Source of the DNA: Candidatus Magasanikiibacteriota bacterium
GTDB lineage: Bacteria > Patescibacteriota > Patescibacteriia > Magasanikbacterales > UBA922
Assembly: GCA_021648085.1 (NCBI GenBank)
Contig: JAKITS010000001.1
Coordinates: forward strand, 682,759 to 746,758
DNA: 64,000 nt
Direction of reading: 5' to 3'
Shown here: in pieces, positions 57,852 to 64,000 of the stretch
Layout of the letters: each line of letters starts with the position of its first letter
Position numbering within the stretch: position 1 is the stretch's first letter
Notes under the pieces: model-generated
Databases searched by the model: none
What the model was told of the DNA's origin: nothing
The model's input: only the letters and a program-made list of their open reading frames with translations
Position numbers and translations under genes: made by a program

Positions 57852-57881
57852 TAAAAAAACCGCCTATTTAATAGACGGTTT
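57852..57881 (-). terminator. Rho-independent terminator (minus strand) after the 212-aa gene
   Basis: aaccgtctattaaataggcggtt followed by U7 on the minus strand. Confidence 0.65.
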
Positions 57882-57887
57882 ATATTT

Positions 57888-58526
57888 TTAAGCGCAAAAC
57901 CTACGAAGTGATGCTTTAGCTCTTTCGTCCAAATTCATCCAAGCTCTCAAAATCTTGTATTCTGCAATTAAGCTTTCGAAACTACCAAATTCGTTTATTT
58001 CAAATTCCAAATCTTCAAGTCTAAATTTAAGCTGATTAAACTCTTTCAAATAAACTGCCGTTGCAACTCGCATATCATATTTTTTCATAGCTTCATATTT
58101 TACAAGATGCTCTTTAAAAATTTTGGTCAACCTATGAGTACTCAAAATTCTTTCCTGCAAAATTTTTAAATGGCATAATATTTTATTATCTCTTTCGTAA
58201 CTAATCTGCCTATTTAATTCAAAAACTCTATCTCTTTTCACAGAATAAATACGGTTACTTGATTTAATAGCACAAAGCTCTATCATTTTCTGTAAAAATC
58301 TTTTTCTTTTGCTGGCCTCCTCTTTTTCTCTCAACCCTACAGTTTTCTCATTACTTTTGGCTGGAATATGTCCTTTTTCTATTACGATATACCCTTCCTT
58401 ACCCTTAGATCTTCGGCATTGTCCAAAGATCCAATTAAACGCATTCATAAACTCCAGAGGAAAATCAATAAAATCAATAAAACCCAATTTTTGTTTTAGA
58501 TTTTCTTGTGTTCCTTCTATCACCAT
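57888..58526 (-). CDS. hypothetical protein (212 aa)
   Basis: Coupled to the upstream 92-aa gene. No recognisable motifs. Confidence 0.5.
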   Translation of the reverse strand: MVIEGTQENLKQKLGFIDFIDFPLEFMNAFNWIFGQCRRSKGKEGYIVIEKGHIPAKSNEKTVGLREKEEASKRKRFLQKMIELCAIKSSNRIYSVKRDRVFELNRQISYERDNKILCHLKILQERILSTHRLTKIFKEHLVKYEAMKKYDMRVATAVYLKEFNQLKFRLEDLEFEINEFGSFESLIAEYKILRAWMNLDERAKASLRRFCA

Positions 58527-58527
58527 C

Positions 58528-58806
58528 TTAACCTCCTTTTTTGTCTTTAGTTTTTTCTTCTGGGAAAACTTCGTAATAAATTACAGGATCTATCTGAAAA
58601 ATATCCCGATTATCATCATTGAGTTCAATAGCAGGCTCATCCTCCTCTTTTGCCAACCTGTTTATCTCAAAAATTAACCGCTCCAAAGTGCTAAAATCAC
58701 AATATTTCGCAATTTTATATGTTAAATCACTTTGCACAAAAGTTTTCTTATGCAAAGCTTTACAAATTTTTTTGACTATTTTGTAGCCCAAACTTAATTT
58801 GGTCAT
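58528..58806 (-). CDS. hypothetical protein (92 aa), possibly HTH-containing
   Basis: SD aaaaggagg upstream. A TTGACAAAA promoter at 58876-58884 (minus strand). Confidence 0.45.
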   Translation of the reverse strand: MTKLSLGYKIVKKICKALHKKTFVQSDLTYKIAKYCDFSTLERLIFEINRLAKEEDEPAIELNDDNRDIFQIDPVIYYEVFPEEKTKDKKGG

Positions 58807-58932
58807 TTTACCTCCTTTTCAACTCCTCTATTTTATTGTAATGTGCTTAATACCATTTTTAGCACAAAAACCAAGTTTTGTCAATTCAAAATAAAGGTGT
58901 AGAATAAGATTATACTTATTTTATAAAATAAT

Positions 58933-59373
58933 ATGGAAAAAATATATTTAGCAACAGACCATGCCGGTTTTGAACTAAAAGAAAAAATTAAACAATTTTT
59001 AATTGAAAGAAATTTTGAAATAGAAGACAAAGGAGCAGTAGAGCATAATGAAAAAGATGATTATCCAGATTTTATATCTTTAGTCGCAAAAGAGATATCA
59101 CAAAATCCAAATAAAAAAGCCATTATTTTTGGTGGTTCCGGTCAAGGTGAAGCTATGGCGGCAAACCGTTTCCCAAATGTTCGCGCTGTAGTTTTTTATG
59201 GAGGAAATTTAGAAATTATAAAACTTTCACGAGAGCATAATGATGCAAATATACTTTCAATAGGCGCAAGATTTCTAAACGAAGAAGAAGCAAAGACAGC
59301 AATAGAACTTTGGCTAAACACAGAATTTACAAATGAAGAAAGACATATCCGAAGAATAGAAAAAATTGTATGA
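58933..59373 (+). CDS. rpiB: ribose-5-phosphate isomerase B (Glu-type active site)
   Basis: DHAGFELK. GGSGQGEAMAANR, which resembles the M. tuberculosis-type RpiB with a Glu base instead of Cys. Confidence 0.85.
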   Translation: MEKIYLATDHAGFELKEKIKQFLIERNFEIEDKGAVEHNEKDDYPDFISLVAKEISQNPNKKAIIFGGSGQGEAMAANRFPNVRAVVFYGGNLEIIKLSREHNDANILSIGARFLNEEEAKTAIELWLNTEFTNEERHIRRIEKIV

Positions 59374-60014
59374 TTAAAATAATCCCAGCAATAAATGTTA
59401 TATCACAAAACGAATTTGAAAAACAAATAAAATCAGTAGAAAATTCTGTTGATTTAGTTCAAATTGATATCGCCGATGGCAAATTTACACATTGGAAAAA
59501 TTGGGCTGATGCAGAAAAAATTAAAGAAATTCCAACAACTTTAAGTTATGAATTGCATTTAATGGTAGAAAATCCAATTCAAGAATTAAAAAAATGGGAA
59601 AGTCTCTCAAATGTACAAAGAATAGTTGTTCACACCGAATCTTTTAAAGAAATAAATTTGGAACTTTTTCATAAACTTGTAGATTTTGGTTTTGAAGTTG
59701 GCTTTGCACTTAATCCAAAAACTTCAATCGAAAAAATAGAATTTTTATTACCAAACCTTGAGTACATACTCTTTTTAGGAGTAAGTCCAGGAAAATCTGG
59801 GCAAAAATTTCAGAAAAAAGTTTTAGAAAAAATAAAAAAAATAAAAGTTGCATTTCCGCACATTAAAATAGAAGTTGACGGAGGGGTAAACGAAGGAACT
59901 GCAAAAAATATTTCCAAAGCTGGCGCCGATATTTTATGTATTGGAAGTGCAATTTTCAATGAAAACGGAACTCCAGCTGAAAATTTAACTTTTTTCAATA
60001 ATCTGGTAAACTAA
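59370..60014 (+). CDS. rpe: ribulose-phosphate 3-epimerase
   Basis: DIADGKF, HLMVENP and VDGGVN motifs. Overlaps rpiB. Confidence 0.8.
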   Translation: MIKIIPAINVISQNEFEKQIKSVENSVDLVQIDIADGKFTHWKNWADAEKIKEIPTTLSYELHLMVENPIQELKKWESLSNVQRIVVHTESFKEINLELFHKLVDFGFEVGFALNPKTSIEKIEFLLPNLEYILFLGVSPGKSGQKFQKKVLEKIKKIKVAFPHIKIEVDGGVNEGTAKNISKAGADILCIGSAIFNENGTPAENLTFFNNLVN

Positions 60015-60030
60015 TTAATATGTTATATTT

Positions 60031-60141
60031 AGCGGAACAAAGTGAAGTCGAAATATCTCGTGTCTATTTCATAAGAATTTTATATATTTATAATTCTATG
60101 AAATTTAATCGAGATCCTTCGACTTCGCTCAGGATGATGTG
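60031..60141. repeat. type-A inverted-repeat element (left arm truncated)
   Basis: agcggaacaaagtgaagtcgaaatatctcg ... cgagatccttcgacttcgctcaggatgatgtg. Confidence 0.7.
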
Positions 60142-60166
60142 ATTTATTTTATATAATTTAAAAAAT

Positions 60167-61117
60167 ATGTACGATTTGATAATAATTGGAGCGTCGGCCG
60201 CAGGACTTTCAGCATCTGTTTACGCGGCGCGTAGAAATTTAAAATTTTTAGTAATATCCAAAGATATTGGTGGAGAGGTTGCACTTTCTGGAGAAGTTGG
60301 AAACTGGCCTGGAATTATAAAAATAAATGGAATGGAATTGGCAAAGAATTTCGAAGATCACGCCAAATTTTATAACACAGAAATTCGCGAAGGAACAGAA
60401 GTCCTAAAAATAGAACAAAAAGATAATATTCATATAGTTCACACAAAAAAAGGTGCTAAAAAAGTAAAACTTGATACAAAATCTATAATTGTAGCAAGTG
60501 GAATACACCCACGAGAGCTAGGTATTCAAGGTGAAAAAGATTTTCGTGGAAAAGGTATTACATATTGTACAGTTTGCGATGGCCCACTTTTTAAAGGAAA
60601 AATAACAGCCACAATTGGCGCTGGAAATGCAGGTCTAGAATCTGCTCTTATGATGAGTGGGATTGCTGAAAAAGTTTATTTAATATCAAACAAACCAAAT
60701 ACAAAAGAAATGAATGGTGGTTTTCCAAAAGGTGAAAATATTTTAATAGACAAAGTAAAAAAAGCAAAAAATATAGAGATAATTTATAATGCGAACACAA
60801 CAAAAATTTTGGGTGATAAAATGGTTTCTAGTTTGAAATATGAAGATAGCGAAAGTAAAAAAGAAAAAGAATTAGAAGTTGGTGGAGTGATGGTCCACAT
60901 AGGAACAATTCCAAATTCCTATTTTATAGACTGTGTAAACAAAGATAAACAAAAATCAATAAAAATCGACCAAAAATGTCAAACTAGTTGCAAAGGAATT
61001 TTTGCTGCCGGCGATGTAACGAACATACCACACAAACAGATAGTTATCGCTGCTGGACAAGGTGTTATAGCAGTACTAAGTGCAATTGATTATATAAACA
61101 GATTTGAAACAAAATAA
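60167..61117 (+). CDS. trxB: thioredoxin-disulfide reductase-like flavoprotein
   Basis: FAD motif IIGASAAG. Redox CTVCDG. NAD(P) motif GAGNAG. Confidence 0.85.
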   Translation: MYDLIIIGASAAGLSASVYAARRNLKFLVISKDIGGEVALSGEVGNWPGIIKINGMELAKNFEDHAKFYNTEIREGTEVLKIEQKDNIHIVHTKKGAKKVKLDTKSIIVASGIHPRELGIQGEKDFRGKGITYCTVCDGPLFKGKITATIGAGNAGLESALMMSGIAEKVYLISNKPNTKEMNGGFPKGENILIDKVKKAKNIEIIYNANTTKILGDKMVSSLKYEDSESKKEKELEVGGVMVHIGTIPNSYFIDCVNKDKQKSIKIDQKCQTSCKGIFAAGDVTNIPHKQIVIAAGQGVIAVLSAIDYINRFETK

Positions 61118-61225
61118 AATAAATTCAAAATAAAAAATTATCTTCCCTGATAATTTTTTATTTGACTTAAACTTTTAGAAATTATAGAATTTAACCAAGA
61201 AGTTCTTTAACAAAAGGAGTAAGCA

Positions 61226-61402
61226 ATGAATGGTAAACAAGATGTTTGCAAAGGTCACAATACAGAACAATACCCTGCCATTATGAGCTGGTGTGAAAAA
61301 TGTGGGCAATTAAAAGCAAGTAAAACATTTTTAACCTGCAAAAAATGCGCAAAAAAAAATAGTAGATGTCATATTTGTGGCAAAAAAAAAAGGAGTAACT
61401 AG
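61226..61402 (+). CDS. Cys-rich mini-protein 1 (58 aa, zinc-ribbon-like; not in the ORF track)
   Basis: SD aaaaggag 6 nt upstream. CEKCG, CKKC and CHICG motifs. Confidence 0.45.
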   Translation: MNGKQDVCKGHNTEQYPAIMSWCEKCGQLKASKTFLTCKKCAKKNSRCHICGKKKRSN

Positions 61403-61569
61403 TGAATGAAGAAGTTTGTGATTGCCCCAAAAAACAAACATCATGTGTTTTTAGAATCTGCATTGACTGTAAAGCTCTTTTTTTAACATTATCTTCTAAA
61501 TTATGTTTACCCTGTTCCAACAAAAAAAGAACCTGCGTTTATTGTGGTAACCAAAAAAAGAAAACTTAA
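61402..61569 (+). CDS. Cys-rich mini-protein 2 (55 aa), paralogue of mini-protein 1
   Basis: GTG start overlapping the previous stop, with the SD aaaggag. CDC, CIDC, CLPC and CVYCG motifs. A terminator at 61570-61600. Confidence 0.4.
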   Translation: MNEEVCDCPKKQTSCVFRICIDCKALFLTLSSKLCLPCSNKKRTCVYCGNQKKKT

Positions 61570-61680
61570 AAGATCGAAGTAAATTCGATCTTTTTTTAAT
61601 CCCCGAACATTTAACTACCTAAAAATAAATTAAATTTTAATTTTAATTTTTGGATGAATGTTTGAGTGAAATTAAGATAA

Positions 61681-61709
61681 GATCCTTCGACTTCGCTGAG
61701 GATGACGTG
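61681..61709. repeat. solo right arm of a type-A element
   Basis: gatccttcgacttcgctgaggatgacgtg. Confidence 0.6.
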
Positions 61710-61757
61710 GAAACGATCCTCAAATATGCTATAATATAATAAATTAATTATAAAAAA

Positions 61758-62726
61758 ATGCATACAGATATAATTACAATTGGAGATAGTGTTTTGGATA
61801 CTTATATAATGATAGACGACGCTACAGTTCATTGCGATATCAAAAAAGAACATTGCAAACTCTGTCTAAATTATGCAGAAAAAATTCCTATCACAGGATC
61901 CGCTCAGTCTGTTGGTGGAAATGCCGCAAATGTAGCAGTTGGTACACATCTTTTTGGGCTAAACTCTACAATTATTACAGAAGTTGGAGACGATTTAAAC
62001 GGTCATATTATTTTATCGAGCCTTAAAAAAGTTGGTGTAAATATAAAACATATACAGGTTAAAAAACAAGAAACTCGCTACGCAATTGTATTAAATTTCA
62101 AAGGTGAGCGTACAATTCTGTCTCAACACCCAAAAAGAAATTACACCTTATTAAACATTCCAAAAACTAATTGGATTTATTATACATCGCTTAGTAAATC
62201 ATTTGAAAAAATTCAAAAAAAATTAATTTCTCATCTTAAAAAAAATCCAAGCATAAAACTTGCTGTAAACCCAGGAACATACCAATTGAAAGACGGTTTG
62301 AAAATTCTAAAAAAAATACTCCCCTACGCTCACGCAATTATTTTAAACAAAGAAGAGGCGGAAATTATAGTTGGTAAGAAAAAAACCGAAAAAAGTACCT
62401 TAAAAGCTTTATTGGAAACTGGTGCAAAAATTGCTGTAATTACAAACGGTAAAAAAGGATCGTACACAACAGACGGAAAAGAATTTTTATTTATGCCAAT
62501 TTACCCACTAAAAGCAAAGGCTAAAACAGGCGCCGGTGATGCTTTTACAAGTGGTTTTTTGTCCGCTTTGGTACAAGGACACACAATAAAAGAAGCTGTG
62601 CAGTGGGGTACCGCAAACTCAGCAGGGGTAATACAAAAATTTGGTGCACAAGTTGGATTATTAAGTAAGCGGCAAACTTTAACAATGATAAAAAAATATA
62701 AAAAAATAATTCCGAAATCAATTTAA
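61758..62726 (+). CDS. PfkB-family carbohydrate/nucleoside kinase (ribokinase-like)
   Basis: N-terminal GG region (GSAQSVGGNAANVA). C-terminal TGAGDAFTSGF. Confidence 0.85.
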   Translation: MHTDIITIGDSVLDTYIMIDDATVHCDIKKEHCKLCLNYAEKIPITGSAQSVGGNAANVAVGTHLFGLNSTIITEVGDDLNGHIILSSLKKVGVNIKHIQVKKQETRYAIVLNFKGERTILSQHPKRNYTLLNIPKTNWIYYTSLSKSFEKIQKKLISHLKKNPSIKLAVNPGTYQLKDGLKILKKILPYAHAIILNKEEAEIIVGKKKTEKSTLKALLETGAKIAVITNGKKGSYTTDGKEFLFMPIYPLKAKAKTGAGDAFTSGFLSALVQGHTIKEAVQWGTANSAGVIQKFGAQVGLLSKRQTLTMIKKYKKIIPKSI

Positions 62727-62813
62727 ATGACAAAAAACAAAATCAAGTCCTTTTAAGCTTGATTTTTTATTCATTTTAGTGCATAATGTCTAAGTATTTT
62801 ATACTTTTTAATT

Positions 62814-64000
62814 ATGAAAAAAAATATAATCTTGTTTGTAGGTAAATACATCTCTGGTATTTCAAAAAGTTTAGAAGCTTACGAAGAGAAAACTGGAGAA
62901 AAATTTAAAACCGCACTATTACACGACAATAAAAAAACACCAAAAAAATTAGATATGGTGGATATTTTAATTTCTTGTAAAACTAAATCTGTAAACAGCA
63001 TACAAAAAGCTTTACTACCACACAGAGACTCATTTATTGCAGTCACTTGTCGTGGAGAAGATCAGATTCAAAACTTTGCAAAAGTAATACCAAACCTTCC
63101 ATATCTAAAAACACCAACAAGTGAATCTCTTTTGTGGTCTTCGGATAAATTATTAATGAGAAAGAGATTACATACACATAACAAGAAAATTACTCCTACA
63201 TACACAATCGTAAAAGATTATGAAGAAAAAACTATAAATAAAATTGCAAAAAAAGTTGGCTTTCCTTTGATTGTAAAGCCTACAGGCCTAGCTGGAAGCA
63301 GGCTTGTCACAATGTGTTTTGATAAAGAAGAATTAAAAAAAACACTAAAAAAAGTTTTCAAAAAAATTAAAAAAGTACACAAAGAGTCTGGTGGAAATTG
63401 GGAACCAAAAGTCTTGGTAGAACAATTTTTAGAAGGAAGTATGTATAGTATAGATGCTTATGTAGACAACAAAGGTAAGACCTACTTTTGTCCACTTGTG
63501 AGAGTGACGACTGGAAAAGAAATAGGCGGAGACGATTTCTTTGGCTACAAACAAACTACACCAGTTAAACTAAAGTCTGCAACAATAGAAGGTGCACGAT
63601 ATGTCGCGGTTCAAGCAGTTGAAGCCTTGGGTCTAAAAAATACAACAGCACACATAGAAATGATGAGAAATGAAGACGGCTGGAAAATTATAGAAGTAGG
63701 AGCAAGAATTGGCGGTTTTAGGCATGATTTATACCAAATGACTGCAAACATAGATCATAATATGAACGACATTTTAATACATATGGGTAAAAAACCTATT
63801 ATTCCAAAAAAGATAAAAGGTTATGCAACTGCAATGAAATTTTTTACACCAAAAGAAGGAGAATTGGTCAAAGTTTTTGGACTAAGAAAAGCAAATAAAT
63901 TGGAATCCTTCAAAAAAATAAATATAAGAAAAAAACCGGGAGACAAGTGTCTGTTTGCTAGAAATGGTGGAATAAGCATATTTAATATTATATTATTTAA
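62814..64000 (+). CDS. ATP-grasp domain protein (3' end outside the window; not in the ORF track)
   Basis: Pattern FPLIVKP..G.GS...EQFLEGSMYSID...GARIGG is typical of ATP-grasp ligases. The ORF is open to the end of the window. Confidence 0.65.
   Translation, partial: MKKNIILFVGKYISGISKSLEAYEEKTGEKFKTALLHDNKKTPKKLDMVDILISCKTKSVNSIQKALLPHRDSFIAVTCRGEDQIQNFAKVIPNLPYLKTPTSESLLWSSDKLLMRKRLHTHNKKITPTYTIVKDYEEKTINKIAKKVGFPLIVKPTGLAGSRLVTMCFDKEELKKTLKKVFKKIKKVHKESGGNWEPKVLVEQFLEGSMYSIDAYVDNKGKTYFCPLVRVTTGKEIGGDDFFGYKQTTPVKLKSATIEGARYVAVQAVEALGLKNTTAHIEMMRNEDGWKIIEVGARIGGFRHDLYQMTANIDHNMNDILIHMGKKPIIPKKIKGYATAMKFFTPKEGELVKVFGLRKANKLESFKKINIRKKPGDKCLFARNGGISIFNIILF

Noticed and set aside
58933-59373. 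RpiB lacking the catalytic Cys (GGSGQGEAM instead of CGTGIG) considered as a pseudo-enzyme
   Set aside because: The pattern matches the known Glu-base RpiB subtype (M. tuberculosis-like), so it is most likely active.
61281-61523. 80-aa minus-strand ORF
   Set aside because: It is antisense to two SD-bearing Cys-rich mini-protein genes.
1-64000. CRISPR arrays, rRNA and tRNA genes
   Set aside because: I scanned for regularly spaced direct repeats and for T-loop (GTTCGAATC-like) and anticodon-arm patterns. No regular repeat-spacer array appears, and the ttcgaa hits are parts of the MITE-like repeats. No rRNA-like GC-rich blocks of sufficient length.

Overview
This is an AT-rich bacterial window, roughly 30-35% GC by eye. 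Gene content and organisation look like a reduced-genome, CPR/Patescibacteria-like organism; that assignment is inference. I call about 70 CDS. I found no rRNA, no convincing tRNA and no CRISPR array. The housekeeping backbone is: secE-nusG-rplK, then a 3-gene insertion, then rplA. Next comes a contiguous dTMP-synthesis cluster (dCMP deaminase, P-loop NMP kinase, dut, thyA, folA, a DinD/Bro-N protein, tmk) and gatB. A pyrimidine de novo cluster follows with two gene fusions (pyrB-pyrI, and a trifunctional pyrD-pyrE-pyrC) plus a non-canonical OTC-like transcarbamylase. The remaining backbone genes are miaA/miaB, thrS, a MacB-like ABC transporter, a GspE/PilB ATPase, ftsH, rpsA, gyrA, ruvA, ileS, rpiB-rpe, trxB, a PfkB kinase and a partial ATP-grasp gene. 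The accessory layer is what stands out. (1) A family of GC-rich inverted-repeat MITE/REP-like elements sits at 12 or more intergenic loci, one copy flanked by a perfect 28-bp direct repeat. (2) A second, AT-rich ~125-bp repeat occurs twice behind terminators. (3) A palindrome-dense island of atypical composition (about 51.1-54.3 kb) lies next to a TrmB-like regulator and contains a 56%-GC segment and small RBS-bearing ORFs. (4) There are blocks of uncharacterised proteins (22.9-27.5 kb) and a divergent kinase-like/GNAT pair. (5) Two tandem paralogous Cys-rich mini-proteins are missing from the ORF track. (6) A small operon is associated with an RHH regulator. All functional calls rest on motifs I recognise by eye; I ran no database search.
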